Assembly: GCF_018977255.1 (NCBI RefSeq)
Contig: NW_024704742.1
Coordinates: forward strand, 122,266,001-122,330,000
Direction: 5' to 3'
Length of the DNA stretch: 64,000 bases
DNA from: Callorhinchus milii
Lineage: Eukaryota
In this document: one piece after another, positions 11,488 through 24,025 of the stretch
Layout: the number at the start of each line of letters is the position of its first letter
How positions within the stretch are numbered: the first letter of the stretch is position 1
The notes under the pieces: generated by a model
What the model saw: only the letters and a program-made list of their open reading frames with translations
The model's database searches: none
Told to the model about the DNA's origin: nothing
Made by a program: the position numbers and the translations under genes

Positions 11488-13269
11488 ATGTTTCAAACAA
11501 ACATATACTCACCAACTTAATGTAAAGGATGTGCCTGTATCCCCTGAGACATTTTATCAATTTATGGAGTGATTTTTGAAACAGACATTGCGGTTTTTCA
11601 TGCTTGGTACGAAGAGAGGCATTGCAGTAAAATGAACATTTAGTATTGATAGGTATTGCCATTGGCAAAAATATATCATCTGGGTAAACGGTAAAACTCA
11701 AGCCTTGTGAATAATTAACTCTTTAAGTAATGGAATGACAAGTACTCCATTGGAAAAAAATGGGAATTCGATCTGCTGTCAGCTACATTATGGAAAGGGT
11801 GTAGCACAATGTGCACGCAGGCTGCTTACGCACAGTTGTACTGTTGCTGTGTTTGTTCACACCAGCAGTGACAGCTGCTCCTATTGCGTTGCTCCCAGCA
11901 TTGCTCCTGTCATGCTTTCATCCTCGTGTGTGAAATTCTTGGTTCCTCATGAGCTTCGTCACTGGGATAATTTCGCCAGCCTTGAAGAGATTTTAAAGGG
12001 CGCTTGATCATCGACCCGAGATCAAAGGACTAGTTGTCCTTTAGAAACTGCTTACCCAATCTTCATGTTACTGTATTTAGCTCAATTAAGCAGCTGTTAA
12101 AATAAAATAAGTTGCAAAAGCACGATTCTTAGAATTTCCTCAAAACTCCATATACATATAGAGTTACTGGGACTCTACGCGGGGTGAAGGGTGCTATATA
12201 AATACAAGTTGTTGTTGTTGTACTGTGATACACTCCGATATCACACTTTGTGTTTTGGGTGACTTTCTCAGTAGAGCAAGCATATCATATACCAGGGCAG
12301 GGCCTGATATTATCTTCTTTGAGAACGCTCTACCTTGGATCAACAAGAACACAGATTGCATTGATACAGCGTCTTTCACATCAGGAGTACCTCCCAAGGT
12401 GCTGGAATCAGCAGCATTTGCCTTAGCACAATTGTGATACACTGTAGTAAAGTTATGAAGAATCTCAAAGCTCCTGTTTTGGACATATCAGAACAAGAAG
12501 GTTGCAGTCATCCACTGGGAGAAGGGGGAGTCTGATACATGGTATTCTCAACATGATCCACAAAGGATTTGCAATCATTCCACTTATAAGTGAATGCACG
12601 TCACATTGACTCTTGTGAATTCAGCTGCAATGAAACCGGAAGCATATTGCGTTGAATACGAGTCTCTTGGGTCTCTGTGTGGTAGATCCGGTTACCAGCA
12701 AATGTGTTAGGTTGTGTTATTCATAAAACGTGTTACATATATTATTGTTTTTTTTACACTTGAACAACTACTTTTAGTGGTTAGCTGATCGTAAATCATC
12801 CCACAACACAAACTATTTATTTGTGGGTTGCTGTGATTCAAGGTATCACTTCCACTGCACTTGATGATCTAGTCATTATACTGAACTATCATTTTGGCCA
12901 ATGACCAAACCAAACCACAATTGCCTTAAAAGGATCTGGGTAAATTTGGACATAGTTGGAATTTTTTTCAACCAGACTAAGATTGGTCACTGACTGTTCC
13001 TTTGAAAGTAAATTGAGCCATTTTCACATAGAAGGTTATCAGTAACCAGATTATCAATGTATTTAAATATTGAAATAGCTATACTAAGAGAAGAACTAAC
13101 TGAAGCAGTTTGAGGATAAAATATACTTTTCATTATTGCTCCAGGTCCTCCGGCGTGGAGGGCACTATATAAATCCAAGTTGTTGTTGTTGTATATTCCT
13201 CTAAAAATTCAAGACTCCTATAGATAAACCGTCCCTCACTATATTATTTGGCTTCTAGGATGAGGTTTA

Positions 13270-13790
13270 GAGACAATATGTGTATGTGTCTTAGGTAGAG
13301 AAGGTTTTTATAGATTATATTTGGAGAGTGTTACAAATAGTTGAAGCAGAAGGTCTGGGGTATGTTGGATTCAGTGAGTTTGTTGCACATGGATTAAAGA
13401 AAGTCTGTTGAATGTGCCTTGAGTGAGGAGGGGCTGATGTGCATGGCTTGAGACAGAGGGTTTGGTGTGAATGCCTTAGGTAGAAAGGGCCAGTTATATT
13501 TTGAGTTTGGCTGGGTCTGACGCATTTGGCTTGGGGAAAGGGTGAGTTGTATGTGAGTTAGGTTGGGACTGATATTTGTGGCTTTGAGATCATTTGTATG
13601 TGGGTTACATTTGGCTTCATGTAGTTGGGCAAATGGTTAATTGTATGTGGGTTTAGTTGGGTTTGACGTACTTGCCTTGGGGAAAGGCTTAGTTGTATGG
13701 GAGATAGATTGTTTTTGGCTTAAAGGGAGTCTCTGTTGTACTTGGCTTTTGTGGGATAAGTATGTTGTGCTTGGCTTATTAAAGAGTGTG
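13270..13790. repeat. Degenerate G/T-rich tandem repeat, unit about 50 bp
   Basis: Recurring GGCTTGGGGAAAGG...AGTTGTATGTG(A/G)GTT...GGG..TGA motifs with strong G+T strand skew. Confidence 0.55.
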
Positions 13791-15171
13791 TTCAAATATT
13801 CATAGAATCATAGATGTGACAGCATAGAAGCTGGCCATTCAATACAGTGCGTAAGCAGGTGAAGCTAATCACAGGGCTCGAATTCCAACTCCCTCAGCTT
13901 TCCATGAACACTGATGCTGGAGCTACCTACTCGAATTCCAGATCCCTAGTCTCTCCAATAGACCAGAGGCCTCTGCGATGTGCCTGAGCATGCGCCCCCA
14001 ACCTCTGCCAAGCGCTCGCACCAATAACAACGCCTCCATGTGGCCTGGGAGGACCTATGCCTGACTTACCACTCTGAATAACTTGTTGCTGAGCTCTTTT
14101 CCCTTGGAGTGACGAGTAATCCAAGGTTTACTATAGTTCTTCCTCTCTCAATGTATCCATTTTCTTTTTAAACATTATTATAGTCTCAGCCTCACTGGCA
14201 AAACATTCCATGCAATTACCCTCTACATAAAAATGTTTCTTCCAACCTTTCCTTAACTCCTCCAGACAATCTTGAACTTACACCCTCTTGTCACAGATTT
14301 ACTAAGCAGCAGGAAGAATTCTTCACTGCTATTTCACAATTTTGGAGACTTCTATTAGATTTCCTCTCGATGTTCTCTGCTCCGTTGAAAACAGACTCAG
14401 TTTGCTTTCCTAGTCTCCCTTTTTGCACAGATTGTTGTGTGAATCTTGAAGAGATACGGATCTTGATGTGTAGGTGAAGAGGATCTGTTTTCTGGAACCT
14501 CTAAGTTGCACTATAACTGTTGCAATTGATGACCAAAGTTTGTCAAACAAGAGGAAAAACGCTATTTAATTGAAGTTCTTGACCTTATCAGTGCACATTG
14601 TACACCTTTATGATTGTTAATAATAGAATCTGTCATGGGATTAAATATTACCAAATTAGTATGTTAATGGTTGTTTGTCCTCATGCCAGATGTTAGTGCC
14701 ATCAATACCATTCTTGGCCAGGAGCACTGGGAGACGAGTGGTTTGTTGACCTAACTAGGGCTTAAAGAAGACATTCTTCATCCTGTCCTCGAAGAGAAAT
14801 AGAATGTTTCATTTTACATAGGAAAAAATTAAATTGAAGATTTCATCGACACTCTATAGGACTCCAACTTTCCTCAGTTAATTATTACAGGACAGCAGAA
14901 GACTTAGGTTCAGCCATTTACCCCATTAAGTTTTAAGTTTACAAAAATTTTGGACATTTTTTAAGTTGAGTCTAAATGTGGAAATCAGTTTTGTTTTTAA
15001 GAACTACAGAAAACCAGTTTCCAAAGTAAGACTGAATTTAATAATTTTCCACAATCTTAAGTTTTAAGCCCTCACCATGTACTCTCCGATCCACTGGACC
15101 ACCAAGAACTTTTGGAATCATTTTAAAGGCAATAAAGAATTGTATTGCACAGACTTTTTCTCAGTTGCAGT

Positions 15172-15985
15172 CAACAACAGCAACAAATTTATATTTGTAA
15201 AGCGCCTTTCACATCGAGAAGACATCCCAAAGCGCTGGACAGACAGAGTTTCGGACCTGAGCTGGGGGTCTAGATCGGGGAAGGTGGAGGGCAGGGGGGG
15301 GAGCAGGGAGATCAAAAGCACAGTTGAAGAGGAGGGTCTTGAGATAGGTCTTGAAGGAGGCAAGGGAGGGGGGCAAGGTGGAGGGTCTGCTGGATGGAGT
15401 TCCAGAGGGTGGGGGCAGAGTGGCCAATAGTGGGGCAAGCGAGGCGGGGGACGTGAAGCAGGTTGGAGCCTGCTGAGTGGAGGGGGCGAGCAGGGTTTCT
15501 GCAGCCTGCAGTGTGAGACAGTGGTGGAGCCGGGCGACGTTGCGGAGGTGGGGAAAGGCAGAGCGGGTCATGGCACAGATGTGGGGTAGAAAGGATAGTT
15601 GACGGTCAAACAAGATGCCAAGGTTCCGGACTGGGTTAGCAAGGTGGAGTGTGCAACCATGGATGGTGATGCTGTCAGCGCCTGATGTGAGGAGGCGCTG
15701 ACGGGAGCCAATCAGGAGAACCTCGGTCTTCTTGATGTTCAACTGAAGAAAATTAGCTCTCATCCAGAACTTGACAGTCAAGACAGCAGTGGTCCTGGAG
15801 TCACGGTTGGTGGCAGAGAGGTAGAGTTGTGTGTCATCCACATACAGGTGGAAGTTGACCCCATGTCTGCAGATGATGTCACCAAGAGGGTGTATGTAGA
15901 TATTTGAAGAGGAGGGGATCAAGGACAGAACCCTGAGGAACGTCGCAGGAGATGGTGTGGGGCTGGAGGGGAAACTGTCAGTCAA
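15172..15985 (-). mobile_element. L2 LINE 3' fragment (RT C-terminal part), internally deleted
   Basis: ORF contains the L2 RT motif GVNFHLYVDDTQLYLS and NFLQLNIKKTEVLLIG. It ends in a stem-loop tail with (TTG)n and lacks the roughly 300-bp segment present at about 44720-45030. Confidence 0.92.
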
Positions 15986-17504
15986 TACATTGTTTTACTG
16001 CCTAAAATGATGTTATTTACCCTCCCAACAGTATACCAACAAGCCATTAAGCAATCCCCAATTGATTAATATTATTTTGGCTAAAAATAGAAATATTACC
16101 ATAGCACCTCTGCTACTAAGCCTAGTTCCAGACATATCATTCTCTCGTCCCATCCATCTGACAACTGGTGAAGCATTAATTTCTGAGAGCCTTTACCCTC
16201 TGGTGGCATTGCATTATTTTGATGGCATCAGTGCTAACCATATTCACCAAGCCCTTTACAAAATGAATGGAATTGAACTCAATGCTGTACGTGCCCTACC
16301 TTTCAAGCTGTAATAATAGCCTTTGATAACATTGCTCATGAGCTTGTATTAACTTTTTTTTAATTGCTCGAATGAGATAAGGTCTGTAATGTCGATTGGT
16401 GATATCAGCTTTGTCAATTTGCTTTCACAGCTTTTGCACACATTTTCTGATTTAAGCAATTGCCAATTTATCAATGTAAAACAATACCAGCAAAAAAGAA
16501 ACTATTTCTTGAACAATCAAGAGTTTCAAGTGAAGACTGTCGGACACACTCTTATTTAAATTTGAGTCAGATTATAGTGCTCTTAATTTCAAGTTCTATT
16601 GTTGAAGAATGAAACTGGCTTTAAACTAAGCCTTTCTCAACCAAAAAACTTTTGGACTTTGTATGATTTTGGATAGGAATTTAAAGGCTTTGTATTGCTG
16701 TTGATGCCTCGGGGAAACGGCTATTATTATAGCTAATTGTTTCCTGAGGCTTTACAGTAAGTGCATTTTGATTCAAGTTAAGTGCTGTTTCTTGTTAAAT
16801 TTAGTATAAAAAACTACTTAAAACTTGGTGATTCTGTTTGGATATGCTGAGGGTTTGTTGTGCTCACTAGTTTTGACTTGATCTTGGGTAGCAGCCAGTG
16901 GAATGCTGGCATTATAACTTATGATTTATTGCTTTCGTTCCACTTATTCATGGGTCATTTAATAAAGATAATTTTTTATGCTGTACTATGTTTTAATCAT
17001 TCCACTCTTTAATCTGCTTTGACATTTTTAATATATTTTGATACATAAAGCCTAGTTTTAAGAGACTTTGAGGAGAGAATACCCAGTGTACAAGGAACAG
17101 CCCACATTATTGGGTGATATTAATAAACCAGTGTGCAATCTCACCCACATGTGTAACTTGTAAAGAGAACCATTATGAATACCCTTCAGGGATCAAAGGA
17201 TAACGCTTCAATTACCTAGTTTCATCCTTGACTCTGCCCTATACCAGACAATAGCAAACTAGCAGTTACATTTAACTGCTTATTGCATTGAGCATCTGAA
17301 TTCTTTTGAACAAGGAGCAAATTTGTTTGGACAAAAAAATTCGGACACAGCAGAAAAATGAGAGAGCAAAAAACTATGGAAATGTTGACTGGAGGCATGT
17401 TTCATTGTAAAACAAATAGTAATTTCCATCACGTTGCCCATCTCCGATTGTATCTTACCCAAAACTTAGCCCAAATATCATACATGTGTACGTCACCTCA
17501 CATC

Positions 17505-17831
17505 GTGGAGTCCTGTGGCTCAGTGGTTAGAGCACTCGCTTTGTAAGCGAGAGATCTGAGTTCAATTCCAGGCAGGGCGAAACCTTGGGCAAGTTTCCTT
17601 ACTCCACACGCCTAATAATAATCCCTCCAAAAACCAAAAACAATAATAAATTGGTCATTTTCAATCTACGACTGTTTGTGGGACATTGCTGTGCGCAATT
17701 GGCTGCCGCGTTTGCCCACAAATATACAGTCAATTCACTTTACAGTGTGTTTCTGTGAAGCTCTTTGGGACGTCCTCCTGACGTGAAAAGCGCTATATCA
17801 AATGCAAGGATTATTATTATTATTATTATTA
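17505..17831 (+). mobile_element. Young tRNA-derived SINE, full length
   Basis: Near-identical to 7714-8033. Confidence 0.92.
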
Positions 17832-17832
17832 T

Positions 17833-18200
17833 CTGGACTACTCCAATGCACTCCTTGCTGGTCTCTGCAGCTCCACTATCCACAAAATTCAGTTAATCGA
17901 GAACTCTTTCGCCCGCATACTCACTCGCATTAATCTCCAGATCCCTATCATACCAGTTCTTGCCAGGCTCCACTGGCTCCCTACCATGGATGGATTGATT
18001 TCAAGACCCTCACACTTGTCTTCAAATCCCATCATGCCCAGGTACCTCCCTACCTCTCTGACCTGCTTACTCCCCAATCCACTACCCGTCACCTCCGCTC
18101 GACGGCTCCAACCCTCTGCTTGTCCATCCTGCTCTCTGATCCACCATCAGCGGCCATGCTTTTAGCCATTATGCTCCAAAACTCTTGAACATTACCCACA
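17833..18200 (+). mobile_element. L2 LINE fragment
   Basis: Encodes LDYSNALLAG...PVLARLHWLP, typical of the L2 ORF2 end. Confidence 0.8.
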
Positions 18201-20248
18201 GAAACCCCCCCCCCCCTCCCACCCCTACAGTGTCACTTATAAACAAGGTGTTCAGTGCTCCTCTACTAACTGGAAGTGCTGTACAGCTGGCTTACGCTGC
18301 TGACTAGCTGGCTTCTCTTACTAATAATTGGCTGGGATTTTGGGGCGTAGTGCCTGAAAGTACGACCTCCACTGATGGGGTAGAGGGTGTAAGGGATGAG
18401 AGCTGAGTGAAGGCGCTGCATAGTGGATTGGGGAGTAAGTTGGTTGGAGAGGTAGGGAGGTGCCAGAGAGTGAAGGGATTGAGGGTATTGTGTCTCCCTG
18501 TGTGGGAGATAATATCACTACTAAGAATAATTTTGTAGTGTTTTCCAAGCTACTCTCCTGAATACTTTTGACATAAATTTTTTGTTTTCTGTGAGTGGTT
18601 CAACAGCCTTTAGACTTACTCAACTCCCACATCATCCAATTTGCCAATATTCATGTATGAGACTTGACGGTGAGTGCTGGCAGTAGAACTGTTGGGAGAA
18701 CCTTCACTTCATTATTTTCCTACATTTGCTTTTGGCCAGCTAGGTGTCTGGCGAGTGGACACCCATGGCACTACTCACTACTCAAAAATAGAAGGGAACA
18801 TCTTCTGATGTTCTGGCCAACAATCCCTCAGAAAAATTTGATCATTCATTCACGGTTGTTTGTGAGCATTATTGTGCGCAAATCTGTTTTAGCCTCAAAA
18901 TGCAGTGACTAGAGAAAAGTGGAACAGTTTGAGATATCCTCCTGATGTACGGGGCAATGTCAGGGATGAACTTGGATAATGGAGTGTGAATCCTTTGAAA
19001 TCTGAAGGGCTTCATATTATCATTTCAGATATTTCAGATATTTTAGGACAGTTCAGTACTTCAGAGTCAAGCAAATGCATGAATAGTATGGTTTGTGAAC
19101 ATCAACAACAACAACAACAAAATTACATTTGTAAAACGCCTTTCACGTCGGGAGAACATCCCATGCATTTATAAAATGCAAAGATTATAATTTTATATTT
19201 ATATATTGAATAGAAATTGGATTGCCCACCAATTGAGTTTTTTTTTACATGTTTAGTGCATTGGAAATGTCAGAAGAAAACCTAAACCTTTCTTGTACCT
19301 TCTATTTCTATTATATCAAATGCAAATATTATTTTTATTATTGTTATTATCACTGCTGAGACCACTCCTGAAATATTGTGTAGGGTTTGGTCATTGTGCT
19401 TCCACATGGGACTTAGGCATATTGAGAAGAGTTGTGATAAGAATAATAAGATCATTTTTCTTAGCTTTACTGTTAGCGGATCAAATGTAAAACTCAAGCC
19501 TGAAAGGGGCCAGGACTTGATTCAAGTCATTAAAAGACTAAGATGAATAAAGTAGATGTGAACAACTAATTGAACATTGGTCTGAGCGGATAGAATTGGA
19601 GGACCCAATTACTAGATTGGCAAATCTCCAATGGAAATGTGAAGCGAATAAAGGAATGAATGTAAGTGGATAAGTATCTGTTGAGGAAAGGGATAGAATT
19701 TTACAGGATATTAATAGACAAATAGAGCCACGTACTCAATTGGCCTGATGGTCTGTTCTGCTGTGACTAGTGTAAGGCAGCCAGCCAGGGTTGACATTGG
19801 AGGGTAGATAGATAATCTAGAGCTCCACTTGATTACACTTGGGGTTTATGCAGAGATTGTTGTAACTTCCGAGTTGCAGATCAAATGAGGGAAACGCTGA
19901 GGCTGCCGAGACCGCTCTTGAGGTAGCAGCTGTTAGTATCCGTGGGAGTGTGCGTGAGCAGTTGTTTTCCTGAATCACTGCCCTGAGCATGTACATGGTG
20001 CTACTGTTCCTAATTGAAAGATAATATTACACAAAAATATTTATTTCTGCACATTTCCAGAGATGTGTATTAAGTCAAATGCCCTGTCGATTTAATTGGT
20101 CATTGAACAATTTCTGAACTGAGACTGATAGACACCAGAAGCCTGAAATACAACAACAAAATTTATAGCGCGCCTTTCACATCAGGAGGATGTCCCAAAT
20201 ACCTCATCATAATAATAATAATAATTCTTACATTTGATATTGTGCCTT

Positions 20249-20477
20249 CCACACAGAGCCTAATAATAATCCCTTCAAAAAAAAAAAAACAATAATAAAT
20301 TGGTCATTTTCAATCTACGACTGTTTGTGGGACATTGCTGTGCGCAATTGGCTGCCGCGTTCGCCCACAAATATACAGTCAATTCACTTTACAGTGTGTT
20401 CTGTGAAGCGCTTTGGGACGTCCTCCCGACGTGAAAAGCGCTATATCAAATGCAAGGATTATTATTATTATTATTAT
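20249..20477 (+). mobile_element. Young SINE, 5'-truncated, inserted in the tail of an antisense Deu SINE (20205-20735)
   Basis: Family body and tail are present. The flanks read as one minus-strand Deu SINE. Confidence 0.85.
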
Positions 20478-20941
20478 TTCATGACAGGAGGACATCTGGT
20501 GGGATACACTGTAAATTGTAGTGACTGTATTTTGTGAGTGAGCGCGGCAGCCAACTAGAGTAATGTCCCACAAACAGCCATGAAATGAATAAACAATTTG
20601 CTCAGGGGGATTGTTGATCAGGACACATGGAGAAATTCCCTTCTCTTTATGAGTAGTGGCCATGGATTTTTTAACAGGCACCCGAACAGGTAGACAGGAT
20701 CTCAGTTTAACGCCGCATCTGAAGGAGGGCACCTCTAATATTTTATTTGCATCTGTGTTACAGTTGAAGGGCTGCGATTATTCATGAACCTACATTAGTA
20801 CTCGAAACTGAGAAAAGCTGAGCAAACAAGGTTGCACTGTAATTTAAAAAATTTGCCGGCAGCTGCTTGTTTGCAAATCATCAGCTAATTAAGTTTGTAT
20901 GCCGGATGCTTCGTTACGTCATGAACAGAACCACACCCCGT

Positions 20942-21360
20942 GTGTCAGCCTGAAACTCTCACGTCTGAGTCAGAAGGTTGTGACTTCAAGCTCCATGTCG
21001 AGACTTTGAGTTCACAGTCAAGACTGACACTCCAATGCAACCATGCGCTTCATTGTTGGACATTAGATTGAGGTTCAGGTGGATGTTAAAGATTCCATAG
21101 CACTGTGTGTAAACAGAAAGAAGTTTCTCCTGGTGTTTTGACTAACAAACCCCCAATAAATTGATCATTCAATTCATGCCTGTTAGAGGGACATTACTGT
21201 ACACAGATTGGCTGTCAAGTTTGCCTACAAAATACACAGTCACAACACTCCACGGAAATCATGTGAAGCACTTTGAGACATTTAGATGACGTGTTATCTT
21301 AAACATTGCAATTGACGTAGCACTCTGTTATATTAAAGGTGCTATATCAATTGCAGTGTT
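20942..21360 (+). mobile_element. Old Deu-domain SINE with tRNA-like head
   Basis: CTGAGTCAGAAGGTTGTG head, then CAGGTGGATGTTAAAGATTCCATAGCAC Deu motif. Confidence 0.75.
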
Positions 21361-22555
21361 TATTTTACCTTCTAGATTGGTGTTATGGTTACACTTAATC
21401 TAAATCAGTTTGTTTAATCATCATTTGTTTAAAAGCAGTCTGTTCTTTAAACTTCTTTATGGAAAGATATTTTCAGATTTCATGTGGCTCCTTTCTGATA
21501 TGATTCAGCCCATTAATATTTGAAAGAATGGAAACATGATCCTTGTTTCTCCAGTTCCTTTGTTTTCATGGGCTGGCAGGTGTTACTGGAAGCAATCTAA
21601 AAACAAGTTAGGATAGGTCAGGTCGGGGGAGGGCTATTGTGCACCATGTATTGTGAAGAGGAGAATAATAATCACTACTACTAATAATAATCCTTGCATT
21701 ATATTGACCAACGTCCATGTAGGGACACTGTCTCAAAACGCTTCACAGGATCTTACTGTAAAGTGAAAGTGTAGTTACTGTGTACTTTGTCTCCTCCGTT
21801 CCACCATTGGTGGCTGCGCTTTCAGTCTCCACTAGCCCAAACTCTAGAACTCTCTGCAAAATAATAAAAAATAGTAATTTGGTCACTCAATCCACAACTG
21901 TTTGTGGGACACAATGGTCAACTTCCTTTTCTCCCCAGCTCAGCATTAAGCTCAGTCAAGGGCTCTGAGATTCTGTCCCACGTGAAAGGTGCTATATAAA
22001 TGCAAGTTGGTGGTAGTGTATTTTGTAGGATTTTGGTGTCTGCATTTATTCCCATTAAGTGCCCTGGGACGTCCTCCCCACGTGAAAGGCTATATAAATG
22101 TAGATTTGTATCGTGTATGTTCAGGTCCTGATCTCAGCCTGGTTATTTAGAGGTGAATGCAATGCTTTTAACACAGGGAAGCAAAAGCAGTCCCTGTGCT
22201 CTCTCCACCCTGCCGATTACTGTATGAGCATCTTCCAGCAGCCAGTTATAGAGCTGTCACTATAAAGGTTCATGGTCTTCACTCTTCCTTTTTGTCAAGG
22301 TGGGTACAAAAAATCAAATACAAAAGCAAAGCAGATTCTATGTATACTACATACACATAATATATTGCATATAATATATACTGTATACATTATATATTTC
22401 ATATATGTTTTCAGCAGTGTAATCAAGGACATAGATTTATCTCATCTTTTTGTAGTCTTATGCCAGAGCCTTGGGACATCATCCGATGTGAAAGGCGCTA
22501 CATACATGCAATTTGTTGTTGAGAAGGTTCACAGCAGCCTCTCTGCTGCCACGCC

Positions 22556-22637
22556 TCTGGCTGCATCCTGAAACTGTTTTACCATCTGCCCAAACTGGCA
22601 CTGGCAGATAGTAAACCAGTGTCAGGGTGCAGCCAGA
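22556..22637. repeat. 82-nt inverted repeat (35-bp arms, 12-nt loop)
   Basis: 22556-22590 is the reverse complement of 22603-22637 with 4 differences. Confidence 0.9.
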
Positions 22638-23766
22638 ACTACCAATATAGTAGTGCACTTATTTATATAATAAACAGACAATGATAAGAATTACAGGAAA
22701 AGAGCCCTCATTGATGATTTTGGGATGGTGGCCGCTACCAGTTTCAACAGGAATCAGTCCTTACAAATCCAGTTATCAACAGGAATCGGGCTTTACAAAT
22801 CCTTTGCAAATTCAGTCATCAGAATTGCCTCTTTCATCACACCTCCCCTTCCCCCACAAGGAAATTGTTCTAGATGTTGATTCCACTTTACGTCTAAGTG
22901 GTACAAGTTATATGTAAACTGTTAATGCATTTCTCAAATCAACGCTGCCCGACATGATAAACAACAGGATTTGTGCATTAGTTCCAGCCCAACCCAGGGC
23001 TTGAATTGACTTGTCTATTGGCTGTAGCAGTTCAAAGCAAATAGCTTTTTCCTCCAACAATATCTATGTTAAATAGTTTTATGAGTGCTATTATTTTCCA
23101 CAAGCAGGGCGATTCGCATTGATGAGATCCAGAGCAAGTACTGGTCGGACTCAGAGCAAAGCATTCACCACAGATGAATCAGTGCAACGTTTTAAACTCA
23201 TTCCGAGACTCCCATGGGACTAGGCATGTTTTAATGTCAGATGGGTGGGGTGGGGGAGGAACGAGCTATGAATTTTGCAAAGCAGCAATGTACAACTGGC
23301 TAGAAAGCTGACAAGGTAAACTGAAGGGCTTACATGTGTTTCCTTATCCAGATATAGTTAAATATGAGCCTTGTAGAAAACAGTCAATAACCTGGTGCAT
23401 GCTATGTAGACAGAGCACATTTTTCTTTGAAAGATGAATGCTGTTGGACTACAGCCTATGTACTGATTTAAAAGTGTTACCCAGACTGTTCTGATGGCTG
23501 TTTGAGAAACCTCACTAAACGCCATAACAAACTTTTTTTTGGGAGGTTACTTAAAGCAGGCACATTACTCATGTGTCTCTTCAAGCTTGGAACTACTCAT
23601 TTTTTAATGCATTTCTCAAATCATTTGTTTCTAATACTGTGCAAAGTATTGTTAACCCGTGTGTCTCATGGGTCTAATTTGTAAGTTGGGCAAAGTGTAC
23701 GGGTTTAGTTAATTGTGTACGAAATCAAAGTTTGCCCTTTGTTATAATACTGCTTGCATTTGACAT

Positions 23767-24025
23767 ATGGCTTGGCTCGGTGCTAGCTAGCACTTTGCCT
23801 CTGAGTCAAAAGGTTGTGGGTTCAAATCCCACATCAGGGCTTGAACTCACATTGTCTAAGATGACACTCCAATGTAGCACTGGAGTCTGTTGCATTGTCG
23901 GAAGTGCTGTACTTCGGATGAGATGTTAAACCGAGGTTCCATCTGCCTGTGCAGGTGGATGTTAAGCATCCCATGGCACCATTTGAAAGGAGAAGGGAGT
24001 TTCTCGGGTGTCCTGGCCCACAAAG
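23767..24025 (+). mobile_element. Deu-domain SINE (SacSINE1/AmnSINE1-like), 5' portion
   Basis: tRNA-like head with GGTTCAAATCC, then GGATGAGATGTTAAACCGAGG...CAGGTGGATGTTAAGCATCCCATGGCACC, matching the Deu domain as I recall it. Confidence 0.8.

Noticed and set aside
23080..23320. Possible first exon ending at CAAG|GTAAAC
   Set aside because: The phase-2 frame has a stop shortly upstream and no ATG, and the other ATG frames terminate.
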